NCBI GenBank assembly: GCA_963791595.1
Contig: CAWBTF010000014.1
Location: 455,417-519,416, forward strand
Reading direction: 5' to 3'
DNA length: 64,000 nt
Source: an uncultured beta proteobacterium
GTDB lineage: Bacteria > Pseudomonadota > Gammaproteobacteria > Burkholderiales > Burkholderiaceae_C
In this document: positions 48,365 through 58,056 of the stretch, in pieces
Layout: the number at the start of each line of letters is the position of its first letter
Numbering within the stretch: position 1 is the first letter of the stretch
Made by a program: the position numbers and the translations under genes
The notes under the pieces: model-generated
What the model saw: only the letters and a program-made list of their open reading frames with translations
What the model was told of the DNA's origin: nothing
Databases searched by the model: none

Positions 48365-49270
48365 TCATATTTTTCGCGCCTGAATCTGCTGAAACAACCC
48401 CTCGGGCCGGAACATCAGCACCGCCGCCATCACGATGTAGATCGAGAACAGCTCGGCCACTGGCCACAGGTGCACGGCCGAAGAGCGCGCCAACCCGACG
48501 ATCAGCGCGCCAATCGCCGCGCCGGGAATGCTGCCCAGGCCACCGATGATCACCACCGCGAACGAGACGATGATCACGCCCACCGACACCCCCGGCTGCA
48601 CCGAGATCATCGGCGCCGTGAACGCACCGCCGATCGCCGCGAGGAAGATGCCGATCGCGAACGCCATCATGTAGACGCGCGACACGTTCACGCCCATGCT
48701 CGACGCGACTTCCGCGCTGTGAATCACCGCGAGCACGATCTTGCCCTGGCGTGTGCGGTTCAAGCCCCACCAAACCGCGCCGCCGACGATGGCCGCGAGT
48801 GCGACGAGCACGAAGTCGTAGCCGACGTAGACCTGCGTGCCGATTTCCACGTTGCCGAACAGGCTGTACGGCGCCGACACGTAAAACGGGTTCGCGCCCC
48901 ACACCAGTTTCGTCACGTCTTCCAGGATCAGGAACAGGGCGTAGGTCACGAGCACGAGCAGCACTTCGTCGCGGCCATAGAAGAAACGCAGCAGCCCACG
49001 CTCGACCACGGGTGCCACGAGCGCGGCCACCGCCACTGCGGCGAGCAGCAGCGCGACGATCGACCACGCCGGCGCGAACTTCAGCGCCGCGAACCACCCG
49101 ACGAAGCTCGCCGCCGCGTAGGCGCCGAGCGCGTAGAAGCTGCCGTGTGCGATGTTCAGGATTTTCAGCACGCCGAACACGAGCGTCAGCCCGAGCGCGA
49201 CGATGAACAGCCATGACGCGTAGGTCAGGCCGTCGATCAGGATCGTGAGTGCGGTGCTCATGCTGGACAC
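48365..49270 (-). CDS. LivH-type ABC transporter permease (second system)
   Basis: 301-aa polytopic protein MSSMSTALTILIDGLTYASWLFIVALGLTLVFGVLKILN…. Confidence 0.85.
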   Translation of the reverse strand: MSSMSTALTILIDGLTYASWLFIVALGLTLVFGVLKILNIAHGSFYALGAYAAASFVGWFAALKFAPAWSIVALLLAAVAVAALVAPVVERGLLRFFYGRDEVLLVLVTYALFLILEDVTKLVWGANPFYVSAPYSLFGNVEIGTQVYVGYDFVLVALAAIVGGAVWWGLNRTRQGKIVLAVIHSAEVASSMGVNVSRVYMMAFAIGIFLAAIGGAFTAPMISVQPGVSVGVIIVSFAVVIIGGLGSIPGAAIGALIVGLARSSAVHLWPVAELFSIYIVMAAVLMFRPEGLFQQIQARKI

Positions 49271-49313
49271 GCGTCACCCCGGCGCACGCCGGGGTCCAGT
49301 GTGGCGCACTTCG

Positions 49314-49342
49314 GGTGGATCCCGGCGTTCGCCGGGATGACG
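49314..49342. repeat. REP-like palindromic element GGTGGATCCCGGCGTTCGCCGGGATGACG, preceded by the hairpin CCCCGGCGCACGCCGGGG
   Basis: same family as 37944-38023; intergenic between the SBP and the livH-like gene. Confidence 0.75.
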
Positions 49343-49398
49343 CCATGTGAGGGCCGGCGCGAAGATGTCGGTCAGGCTCCTCGGTTCGACGCAACCAC

Positions 49399-50703
49399 TC
49401 AATTGCACTTCGCGCCGGGCATGCCGGCCTTGATCCAGTCTTCCGCCTTCATGTTCGCCGGCGGGTTCACGCATTCGGCCGGGAAGCGCTGGATGTCGTC
49501 GAGCATCACCATCTTCTTCGCCGCGTCGTAGCGAGTCTTGCCGATCGCCGTGTCTTGAATCGCCTGGTGCCCGTTGCCGAGCGCCATCTTGATTCTGCCG
49601 GCCGGCGTGTCCCACTCCGAATTGCGCAGCGCGTCGGCGAGTTGTTCCGGCGTGGGCTTCTTGCCGCCGTTGGCGGCCATCGCCTTTTCCACCGCGAGCT
49701 TCAACCCCAACAGCGCCTGGATCATGCGGTTCGGCGCCTGCACCGGGTACACCGTGTAGGCCTTCTGGTAGATGCCCCACCACCAGTCGTTCAGCGCCGA
49801 CTTCGGCGACATCAGGCCATACGCGCCGCGCGCGCCGAGGATCACGCCGTCGGGCATCTTGTCGCCCAGGCCCGGCAGCACATGGTCGGCGGCGGAGAAC
49901 ACGAACTGGGTGCGCTTGAACAGGCCGCGCGGCCCGCCTTGCAGAATCAGCGCCTGCAGGTCGCCGCCCCACAGGCTGGAGTGAGTGACGTCGGCGGGCT
50001 TGGCCATCAGCGCCGAAATCTCGGTGCCGTATTGGCCCGCGCCGAACTTGGGCAGCAGGTCTTCGCCCGCCTTCGCGCCGGGGTAGAGCGTGCCCATCGC
50101 GGCGACGAAGTCCTTGCGCGAATCGTGGCCCCAGGCGTAGTCCTGGTGGATCAGGTTGAAGCTGTCGGCCTTGACGTTGCGCGCCTTCAGATAACGCGCC
50201 AGCGCCACGTTGTCCATGGCGGCGTGCGCCGCGGTGCGGAACACGTAGTTGTATTTGCCTTCTTCGAAGATTCGCGGCGTGCCGCAGTCGTAGAGGATCA
50301 GGAACTTCTTCATCTCCTCGGCCACCGGCGCGACCGCCAGGCAGTCGCCCGAGCCCACATAGCCGACCACCGCGTCGACCTTGTCGCGGTCGTACAGGTT
50401 GCGCATTTCCTGCACCTGCTTGGTCGCGCCGCCGTTTTCGTCGACATAGATCGGCTCGATGATCACGCCGCCGAAACCCTTCTTGTTGTACGGCGCCGGT
50501 GCCTCGCCCTTGTTGAACGCCTCGATCACGACTTTCGCGCCGTTCACCGCGGGGATGCCGAAACTTTCAGCCGCCTGGCCGGACAGGAAGCTGACGATGC
50601 CGAGCTTGAACGTCTCTTGCGCGTGAACGCCGGGCGCGGCGAACAACAGGCCGGCAGTCGCTGCCGCCAAGGCGTGGCGGACCGGTCGGGTGGGGAAGGT
50701 CAT
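49399..50703 (-). CDS. ABC transporter substrate-binding protein, type I PBP (Liv-like/amide-binding), 434 aa with a signal peptide
   Basis: MTFPTRPVRHALAAATAGLLFAAPGVHAQETFKLGIVSFLSG…; first gene of the second Liv-like operon. Confidence 0.8.
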   Translation of the reverse strand: MTFPTRPVRHALAAATAGLLFAAPGVHAQETFKLGIVSFLSGQAAESFGIPAVNGAKVVIEAFNKGEAPAPYNKKGFGGVIIEPIYVDENGGATKQVQEMRNLYDRDKVDAVVGYVGSGDCLAVAPVAEEMKKFLILYDCGTPRIFEEGKYNYVFRTAAHAAMDNVALARYLKARNVKADSFNLIHQDYAWGHDSRKDFVAAMGTLYPGAKAGEDLLPKFGAGQYGTEISALMAKPADVTHSSLWGGDLQALILQGGPRGLFKRTQFVFSAADHVLPGLGDKMPDGVILGARGAYGLMSPKSALNDWWWGIYQKAYTVYPVQAPNRMIQALLGLKLAVEKAMAANGGKKPTPEQLADALRNSEWDTPAGRIKMALGNGHQAIQDTAIGKTRYDAAKKMVMLDDIQRFPAECVNPPANMKAEDWIKAGMPGAKCN

Positions 50704-50859
50704 GCAAATCTCCGGAGGGTGTGGGTCGGGTGGGCGGTGTTACGCATACGGCGATTCCGCGCCAGGACGATCATCGCGCATTCTTCGGGCGCCGGAGCGC
50801 GCTGGGTATGGGCGAAAACCCTGCGACGCTGCCTGCCCCAGTGCGGCGTTCTGGGCGGC

Positions 50860-51846
50860 TCAACCACCCGCCACGCCTTGCGTGGCGACATACAGCGAAT
50901 ACACCGAATGGCTCGCCGCCATGAACAATCGGTTGCGCGCCGGGCCGCCGAAGCACACGTTGGCGCAGCGCTCGGGCAGGTGGATGTGCAGCAGCGGCTT
51001 GCCAAGCGCAGAGAACACGCGCACGCCGTCGAGCCCCTCGCGCATGCCCCAGCCGCACCACAGGTTGCCGTGCACGTCGACCCGAAAGCCATCAGGCGTT
51101 CCGCCGTCGCTGTCGATCAGCGTGCGCTTGTTCGCGAGCGCCGCGCCGCCGTCGACCACGTCGTAGGCGAGGATCAGCCTGGGGCTGGCGCGGCTCTCGA
51201 CGATGTAGAGCCGGCTCTCGTCGGGCGAAAACGCCAAACCGTTCGGACAGTTGATGCCTTGCGCGACGACGCTCAGCCGGTCGCTTCGCGGGTCGAACCG
51301 GTACACGTCGGTCGGCAATTCGGGCGTCGCGGCGTGGCCTTCGTAGTGGTGCAGGATGCCGAACGGCGGATCGGTGAACCAGATCGTGCCGTCGCTCTTG
51401 CAAACGATGTCGTTCGGCGAATTCAACCGCTTGCCGTCGAAGTGGCTCGCGAGCACGGTGATGCTGCCGTCGTATTCGGTGCGCGTGACCCGCCGCGCGC
51501 CATGTTCGCAGGTCAGCAGCCGGCCCTGCCGGTCGCGCGTATTGCCGTTGCTGAAGTTCGACGGGCTGCGGTACACGGTCACCGCGCCGGTTTCTTCATC
51601 CCAACGCAGCGTCTTGTTGTTCGGGATGTCGTTCCACAGCAGGCAGCGCGCGTCGCCGAAATACACCGGCCCTTCGCACCAGCGCATGCCGCTCGCCAGC
51701 CGTTCGACGCTGGCGCTGGCCAGGCGCAGGTTCGCGCCTTCGGGGGCGAGCACTTCAACCGCCGGGTCGGGCAGGCGCAGCGCCGGCGCCCATGCGGGTT
51801 CTGCCGGGGCGGCAGCGAAAGGCTTGTGGGGCAAGGCGGTGGACAT
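50860..51846 (-). CDS. SMP-30/gluconolactonase/LRE-family protein (start MSTALPHK… inside the long ORF)
   Basis: six-bladed beta-propeller motifs …EGPVYFGDARCLLWNDIPNNK…NGLAFSPDESRLYIVES…. Confidence 0.75.
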   Translation of the reverse strand: MSTALPHKPFAAAPAEPAWAPALRLPDPAVEVLAPEGANLRLASASVERLASGMRWCEGPVYFGDARCLLWNDIPNNKTLRWDEETGAVTVYRSPSNFSNGNTRDRQGRLLTCEHGARRVTRTEYDGSITVLASHFDGKRLNSPNDIVCKSDGTIWFTDPPFGILHHYEGHAATPELPTDVYRFDPRSDRLSVVAQGINCPNGLAFSPDESRLYIVESRASPRLILAYDVVDGGAALANKRTLIDSDGGTPDGFRVDVHGNLWCGWGMREGLDGVRVFSALGKPLLHIHLPERCANVCFGGPARNRLFMAASHSVYSLYVATQGVAGG

Positions 51847-52068
51847 GGCGGCAGCGCGTGGCGATCGACGAAGGATCAGAGCATAGACGACGTGCGGGCC
51901 GAGGCGCGCGTTCGAGCCCGGCATGCCGGGCCGTGCTTGTGCGTCGTTCGCACCCGTGCGAGGGGGCCCCGTCCGCTCACGACTTTTGAATGTGGCCTTC
52001 AAGCTCGCGCGGCCTTCGCGTCGTCGCGATGTCTTATGCTTTGCCGCACTACTTCTGGAGGCATTCCG

Positions 52069-52485
52069 ATGCTCGATTCCTTCAAATCCCCTCTCGTGGT
52101 GGCCGGCCGCATCCTGCTGGCGCTGATGTTCGTGATGGCCGGTTTCAGCAAGCTCGGCAACATTGCCGGTACCGCCGGCTACATCGCCAGCGCCGGCTTG
52201 CCGATGGCCACCGCGCTCGCCTGGGCCACGGGCCTGTTCGAGGTGGTCGCCGGTCTGGCGCTCGCAGTGGGGTTTCACACGCGCTGGGCGGCGCTGTTGC
52301 TCGGCCTGTTCACGCTGCTCGCGAGCGTGCTGTTCCACAACTTCTGGGCCATGCCCGCCGACAAGCAGTTCATGCAGCAACTCATGTTCATGAAGAACCT
52401 GGCGGTGGCCGGTGGCATGTTCATGGTGGCGGCACTCGGTGCTGGACCGCTGAGCCTGGACGCACGCCGCGCAGGCACGACCTGA
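52069..52485 (+). CDS. DoxX-family membrane protein
   Basis: 138 aa, 4 TM helices; RILLALMFVMAGFSKLGN…. Confidence 0.75.
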   Translation: MLDSFKSPLVVAGRILLALMFVMAGFSKLGNIAGTAGYIASAGLPMATALAWATGLFEVVAGLALAVGFHTRWAALLLGLFTLLASVLFHNFWAMPADKQFMQQLMFMKNLAVAGGMFMVAALGAGPLSLDARRAGTT

Positions 52486-52516
52486 AACCGCGCGCCGGGT
52501 GGCGCGCCCTGGCCCA

Positions 52517-53290
52517 TCACATCGCGTGCAAGCCGCCGTCCACCATCAGCGTGGTGCCGGTGATGTAGGCCGCCTCGTCGCTCGCGAGCCAGAGCGCCGG
52601 CCAAGCAATCTCCTGCGGCGTCGCCCAGCGGCGCAGCAGCGTCGCGTGTTCGCGCTCCATCGCGAGTTGGTCGAGGGCCTTGCCGGCGGCGCGCGCCTTG
52701 TTGATGTGAAAGTCAGTCAGCGTCGGCCCAGGGCAGAGGGCGTTGGCGCGGATGCCGTGCGCCGCCTCTTCATGCGCGAGGGTGCGCGTGAACGCCAGCA
52801 GGCCGGCCTTGGTGGCGTCGTACAGGCCCATGCCCTTGCGGCCGGTCACGGCGTAACACGACGAGACGTTGACGATCGCGCCACGCCCGCTCTTGCGCAA
52901 CTCCGGCAGCGCGGCGCGGCAGTAGTTCGCCGCGCCCATCAGGTTCACGCCGAGCACCGCCTGCCACTCCTGCGGCGTGGCGTCGGCCAGGGCCGCGTAG
53001 TTGCGCATCGCGGCGTTGTTGATCAGCACGTCGATCTGGCCATGCGCGGCGATCGCGTGCGCGGTGGCGGCATGTGCAGCTTCCGCATCGGAAACGTCGG
53101 CGGTGAACTTCGCGATTCGCGCGCCGTGCAATTGCTGTTCGATCGCCGCGCAGGTCGATTCCAGCGCACCGGCATCGGCGTCGACGAGCGTCACGGCCGC
53201 GCCGTGTTCGACGAACAACCTGGCGATCGCGGCGCCGATGCCTGCGCCGGCGCCGGTGATCAGCGCCGCTTTGCCTTGCAGGCGGCTCAT
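52517..53290 (-). CDS. SDR-family oxidoreductase
   Basis: TGAGAGIGAAIA motif; YDATKAG catalytic region. Confidence 0.8.
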   Translation of the reverse strand: MSRLQGKAALITGAGAGIGAAIARLFVEHGAAVTLVDADAGALESTCAAIEQQLHGARIAKFTADVSDAEAAHAATAHAIAAHGQIDVLINNAAMRNYAALADATPQEWQAVLGVNLMGAANYCRAALPELRKSGRGAIVNVSSCYAVTGRKGMGLYDATKAGLLAFTRTLAHEEAAHGIRANALCPGPTLTDFHINKARAAGKALDQLAMEREHATLLRRWATPQEIAWPALWLASDEAAYITGTTLMVDGGLHAM

Positions 53291-53324
53291 CGAATTTGCG
53301 GTTGCGCGGTCGGCCGCGGCAGCA

Positions 53325-54305
53325 TCAATCGGCTTTTGCACCGGTGGCCTTGATCACCTTGCCCCAGCGCGGAATTTCGCTGCGGATCCAGGCGCTGAAG
53401 TGCTCCGGCGTGCCGGCGACGATCTCGAATTCCATCGCGGTGAGCTTGTCGCGGATCTCGGGCGAGGTGACGATCCTTACGATCTCCTTGTGATAGCGGT
53501 CGATGATCGGCCGCGGCGTGCCGCCCGCGGCAAGAAAGCCGATCCACGCCACCGCCACCAGATCGGGGTAGCCCGATTCCACGAGCGTGGGCACGTCGGG
53601 CGTTCCCGGAAAGCGCTTCGCCCCGGACGACGCGATGAGCCGCAGCCGCCCTTCCTTGGCGAACTGCAGCACGTTGCCCGGCACCATGAACGCCGCCTGC
53701 ACCTGGCCGCCCACCAGATCGGTCAGCGCCGGCGCCGCGCCCTTGTAGGGGATGTGCGCGATGTCGATGTTTGCGGCGAGCTTGAGCATCTCCATCGTCA
53801 GGTGCGACGCGCTGCCCACCGCGATCGAGCCGTACGACATCTTTCCCGCCTGTGCCTTCGCGTGCGCGACGAACTCGCCGATGTTCTTCACCGGCAGGCT
53901 CGGGTTCACGACGAGGTATTGAGGCGTCGTCACCATCAGCGTGATCGGCGCCAGGTCTTTCAGCGGGTCGTAGGGCAGCTTGTCGAACAGCGACACATTC
54001 ACCGCGATGGGTCCGTTGTAGCCGATCAGCAGCGTGTGGCCGTCGGGCGCCGACTTGGCGACGAAGTCGGCACCGATGTTGCCGCCCGCGCCGGCCTTGT
54101 TCTCGACGACGACCGTCTGGCCGAGCGCTTCCTGCAGCTTGGGCGCGACCAGGCGCGCGATCACGTCATTGGTGCTGCCGACGATGGGAACGATGATTCG
54201 GATCGGTTTGCTCGGCGCCCACTCCTGGGCCTGGCTGGCGGACATCGTCACGCACAGCACCGTGGCCAGCGCGCGCCCCAGGCCCCTCAGTCGCATTTTT
54301 GTCAT
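53325..54305 (-). CDS. TctC/Bug-family substrate-binding protein
   Basis: Bug signature …VENKAGAGGNIGADFVAKSAPDGHTLL…; start among several Met codons at 54296-54317. Confidence 0.8.
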   Translation of the reverse strand: MTKMRLRGLGRALATVLCVTMSASQAQEWAPSKPIRIIVPIVGSTNDVIARLVAPKLQEALGQTVVVENKAGAGGNIGADFVAKSAPDGHTLLIGYNGPIAVNVSLFDKLPYDPLKDLAPITLMVTTPQYLVVNPSLPVKNIGEFVAHAKAQAGKMSYGSIAVGSASHLTMEMLKLAANIDIAHIPYKGAAPALTDLVGGQVQAAFMVPGNVLQFAKEGRLRLIASSGAKRFPGTPDVPTLVESGYPDLVAVAWIGFLAAGGTPRPIIDRYHKEIVRIVTSPEIRDKLTAMEFEIVAGTPEHFSAWIRSEIPRWGKVIKATGAKAD

Positions 54306-54324
54306 GCCCATCCTCATTCTGTGA

Positions 54325-55608
54325 TCACAGCGAAAACACCGGCTTGCCGCGAACACGCTGGATCTTCTCAAGCGCCCAGGGCTTCGGGTCCTGGCCCCTG
54401 GGCAGCAGCACCCCGGCGGCGCGAACCTGCTGCTCGGCGGCGTTCAGCGCCGGCGGCTCGATGCCCTGCTGCAAGCCGAGCGCCGCCTGCTCCAGCATGC
54501 GCCGCGCCATCGTCACGCCCTTGTCGGTGGGCAGCAGCAGCTCGCGCGTGCGGTCCTGGATCGGGCCCATGCTTTCCTGCAACGACGCGTCCTGCTCGGA
54601 GAAGCCGAACACGCCGCTGTAGCTGCGCTTGTCTTTCTGCGCCTGCCGGTCGATCAGGTAATCGTTGTCCTTGTTCGCGCGCGGCCGCCAGGCCATCGCG
54701 TTCGGGCCTTGCTCGTACGCGACGTGGATGCCCTTGCCGGCGGCCATCTGCTCGCGTTCGTGTTCCGAGAGCGGCTTGTCGGGGTGGAAGTTGATGCTCC
54801 AGGCCCAGCAGTTCTCATCGTCGATCGGCACCCAGACATGGCCGCCGAGCGCGTGCTCGCCGAACGGCGGGATCAGCGTGAACCACGGGAACAGCCACTG
54901 CGTGATGCGCCAGTAGTACGAGTCGGCCTCGCCGTTGCGCCGGCCGTAGAGCGTCAGGCCGAAGGCGTTCTGCTCGATCTCGAACACCACGTTGCCGTCG
55001 GCCTTGATGTAGTCGAGCGCCTTCACGCCGCGGTGCATCGGGTCGATGTCGACCTCATAGCGGTGCACGTAGGACACATGGGCGGTGTCGATGCCGCCTT
55101 CCATCGCCTGCAGGTAGTTGCACTGCTGCAGGCGCTTCGAGACGAACACGTGGCTGTCGGGCAGCAGGCACCACTCCACTTCGGGCGGCGCGGGCTGCTT
55201 GTCGGGCGGGCCCATGTAGGCCCACACGAGCCCGCCGCGCTCGATGCACGGGTAGGCCTTGATGCGCATGCGATCCGCCACCTGCGGGGCCGAAGGCACG
55301 TCGACACAAGCGCCGCTGCGGTCGAACTTCAGGCCGTGGTACGAACAGCGGATGCCGCATTCTTCATTGCGCCCGAAGAACAGCGACGCGCCACGGTGCG
55401 AGCAGAACTCGTCGATCAACCCCGGCGCGCCGGTCGTGTCGCGAAATCCGATCAGCTTTTCGCCGAGGATCTGCACGCGCTGCTGCGGGCCGTCGGGCTC
55501 GCTGATTTCGCTGGAGGCGAGGATCGGCACCCAATAGCGGCGCATCAGGTCGCCCATCGGCGTGCCGGGGCCGGTGCGGGTGAGCAGGTCGGAGGTGGCG
55601 CGGTCCAT
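54325..55608 (-). CDS. Rieske (2Fe-2S) non-haem iron oxygenase alpha subunit, phthalate-dioxygenase/VanA-like class; divergent from the TetR regulator
   Basis: Rieske motif CSHRGASLFFGRNEECGIRCSYHGLKF; start MDRATSD at aa 327 of ORF 54325-56586. Confidence 0.8.
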   Translation of the reverse strand: MDRATSDLLTRTGPGTPMGDLMRRYWVPILASSEISEPDGPQQRVQILGEKLIGFRDTTGAPGLIDEFCSHRGASLFFGRNEECGIRCSYHGLKFDRSGACVDVPSAPQVADRMRIKAYPCIERGGLVWAYMGPPDKQPAPPEVEWCLLPDSHVFVSKRLQQCNYLQAMEGGIDTAHVSYVHRYEVDIDPMHRGVKALDYIKADGNVVFEIEQNAFGLTLYGRRNGEADSYYWRITQWLFPWFTLIPPFGEHALGGHVWVPIDDENCWAWSINFHPDKPLSEHEREQMAAGKGIHVAYEQGPNAMAWRPRANKDNDYLIDRQAQKDKRSYSGVFGFSEQDASLQESMGPIQDRTRELLLPTDKGVTMARRMLEQAALGLQQGIEPPALNAAEQQVRAAGVLLPRGQDPKPWALEKIQRVRGKPVFSL

Positions 55609-55725
55609 TGAATCGATTATCGGGGCGGCAGGTGTGGCGCCACGGAAACCCACGTGTCGGGGCGGCCCCGGTTCGCGATCGCCTGAGCAAGCCCGATACT
55701 TGGCCCGACCGCTGAGACAGCCCCC

Positions 55726-56376
55726 ATGACGAAGAAAGCACCGAAGGCGCCCGAGCCGCGCACGCGCGACGCCGAGCGCTCGCAGCTCGACATCCTGGAC
55801 GCGGCTCTGGGCGAATTCGCCGAGTTCGGCCTGGGCGGCGCGCGCATGGACCGCATCGCGCAGCGCGCTGCCGTGAACAAGCGGCTCATCTACTACTACT
55901 TCGAGAACAAGGAGAGCCTGTTCCTCGCGGTGCTGGAACGCGCCTATCAAAACATCCGCGGCGAGGAGCGGCAATTGAACCTGGCGCAGGTCGAGCCGAC
56001 CGAGGCGATCCGCCGGCTGATCTCGTTCACCTGGAACTACTACCTCGCGCACCCCGAGTTCCTGACGCTGCTCAACAGCGAGAACCTGCACCGCGCGCGG
56101 CACCTGAAACAGTCGACCCAGGCGCAGACGCTGAACTCGCCGCTGATCGAGACGATCTCCGAAGTGCTGGCGCGCGGCGCCAAGCTGCGGATGTTCCGCA
56201 GCGGCGTCGACCCGGTGCAGCTCTACATCTCGATCGCCGGGCTGTCCTACTTCTACCTCGGCAACAGCTACACGCTGTCGACGATCTTCGACCGCCAGTT
56301 GCTCGGCGCGAAGGCGAAGGTGGAGCGGCTGTCGCACATGACGGATCTGGTGCTGGGCTACTTGGTGCGGGATTGA
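55726..56376 (+). CDS. TetR-family transcriptional regulator
   Basis: N-terminal HTH …ILDAALGEFAEFGLGGARMDRIAQRAAVNKRLIYYYFENKESLF…. Confidence 0.85.
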   Translation: MTKKAPKAPEPRTRDAERSQLDILDAALGEFAEFGLGGARMDRIAQRAAVNKRLIYYYFENKESLFLAVLERAYQNIRGEERQLNLAQVEPTEAIRRLISFTWNYYLAHPEFLTLLNSENLHRARHLKQSTQAQTLNSPLIETISEVLARGAKLRMFRSGVDPVQLYISIAGLSYFYLGNSYTLSTIFDRQLLGAKAKVERLSHMTDLVLGYLVRD

Positions 56377-56470
56377 GGGCCAGCCGAGGGCAATTGCGGA
56401 TTCCGCGCGCGGCGGTTTCGGTTCACCATATGGTGAATAGCGCTCCTCCTGAGCGCGCGAGGAGACTTGA

Positions 56471-57478
56471 ATGAGCCAATGCCCCGGGTTGACCCGCGTC
56501 CTGTCCGTTGTTGCGCTGGCGGCCGCCGCGCTCACACCATTGGCGGCACACGCGCAATGGAAACCCACCAAGCCCATCACGATCATCGTTCCCTGGGCCG
56601 CGGGCGGCGCGACGGATCAGGTGACGCGCATCGCCGCGGCCGAGCTCGAAGCCGGGCTCGGGCAGAAGATCGTGATCGTCAATCAGCCCGGCGGCGCGGG
56701 TTCGATCGGCACCAAGGCGGCGATGGAAGCGGCGAAAGACGGCTACACCTGGACGGCGGGAGCCGCCAAGCAGCTCGGCACCTACCCGGTGCTGGGGATG
56801 ATCAACAGCAAGGTCGACGACTTCCACCTCTACCTCGCGGTGACGAACGTGTCGATCGTCAGCGTGAATCCGGCGTCGCCTTACCAGACGCTGCCGCAGT
56901 TGCTGGAGGCGATGAAGACCAAGCAGGTGTCGGTCGCGACCGCGGGCAACAGCTCGTCGGGCCATTTCGCGATGGAGGCGATCGTCAAGGCGGCGGGCGT
57001 GAAGTACCGCCACGTCACCTATGACGGCGGCAACCCGGCAGTGGTGTCCACCGTATCCGGCGAAACCGAAGTCACGACGCAGCTCGCCCCCGAACAGAGC
57101 GAGATGATCAAGGGCAAGCGGCTGCGCCCGCTCGCGGTGGTGGCCGACCAGGCGCTGACGATCGAAGGCGTGGGGACGATCCCGCCGATCACGCAGTTCG
57201 TGCCGAATTTTCCGAAGGTCACCACCGGGTTTGGCATCTTCATTCCGAAGGGCGTTCCGGCCGAAGTCGTGACCACCGTCGACAAGCTGTGGATGGAACG
57301 CATCGTCACTTCCGAGAAGCTGCGCAAGTACGCGGCCGACCGCGGCGCGTTGTTCACGCCACTCTACGGCCAGGCCGCGTTCGACGCGGTCTGGCCCACC
57401 GTCGTGACCGACGCCTATCTGCTGCAGGACGCGGGGATGGCGAAGGTGTCGCCGGAGTCGCTGGGCATCAAGCGCTGA
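56471..57478 (+). CDS. tctC: TctC-family substrate-binding protein (first gene of tctCBA)
   Basis: …VNQPGGAGSIGTKAAMEAAKDGYTW…. Confidence 0.85.
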   Translation: MSQCPGLTRVLSVVALAAAALTPLAAHAQWKPTKPITIIVPWAAGGATDQVTRIAAAELEAGLGQKIVIVNQPGGAGSIGTKAAMEAAKDGYTWTAGAAKQLGTYPVLGMINSKVDDFHLYLAVTNVSIVSVNPASPYQTLPQLLEAMKTKQVSVATAGNSSSGHFAMEAIVKAAGVKYRHVTYDGGNPAVVSTVSGETEVTTQLAPEQSEMIKGKRLRPLAVVADQALTIEGVGTIPPITQFVPNFPKVTTGFGIFIPKGVPAEVVTTVDKLWMERIVTSEKLRKYAADRGALFTPLYGQAAFDAVWPTVVTDAYLLQDAGMAKVSPESLGIKR

Positions 57479-57542
57479 TTTGCTGCGTCCCGTCGCCGGT
57501 GCTTCTTTCGTTGGCTTTGCCGGCGCCTGCGCCGCTGATGGA

Positions 57543-58049
57543 ATGTCGCGCCGCGCCGAAGTGCTGAGCGCTGCCCTCTGGGCGGCCGCCGGGGGCGCGA
57601 TCGTGATCGCCTCCTGGCGCATGGAGCGGCTGGACAAGCTCGGCATCAACCCCTGGTCCGCGCCGGGGCTGACGCCGGGAATCATCGGCGCGTTGATCGT
57701 CTTGTTCGCACTCGCCTTGCTGTGGCGCTCGCTGCGCGCCGCGGCCGAGCCGCAAGTGGATTCGGCCGTCGACGAAGGCCCCATGCCTACAGCCGGCTCC
57801 GCGCGCCGCACCATCGCCGCCGTGCTGATGTGCGTGCTGTTCGCCGGCATCAGCCTCGGCCACGGCTGGCCGTTCGCGGTGGAAGGCGCGCTCTTCATCC
57901 TCGTCTTCACGGCCGCGTTCAGCTGGACGGCGTGGCGCGCCGAGCGCCGCATCGCACGCGGCCTGGCCCAGACGCTGGCGGTCGCGGTGCTCGCCTCGGC
58001 GTTCATCTCCTGGCTGTTCGAGTCGGTGTTCCTGGTGAACTTGCCATGA
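57543..58049 (+). CDS. tctB: TctB-family small membrane subunit
   Basis: position between tctC and tctA; about 4 TM helices. Confidence 0.7.
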   Translation: MSRRAEVLSAALWAAAGGAIVIASWRMERLDKLGINPWSAPGLTPGIIGALIVLFALALLWRSLRAAAEPQVDSAVDEGPMPTAGSARRTIAAVLMCVLFAGISLGHGWPFAVEGALFILVFTAAFSWTAWRAERRIARGLAQTLAVAVLASAFISWLFESVFLVNLP

Positions 58050-58056
58050 TCTCTCG

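Noticed and set aside
49555-52485. 976-aa plus-strand ORF spanning the SBP, gluconolactonase and DoxX region
   Set aside because: Only the last 138 aa (DoxX, 52069-52485) are credible; the remainder is antisense to conserved genes and Arg-rich.
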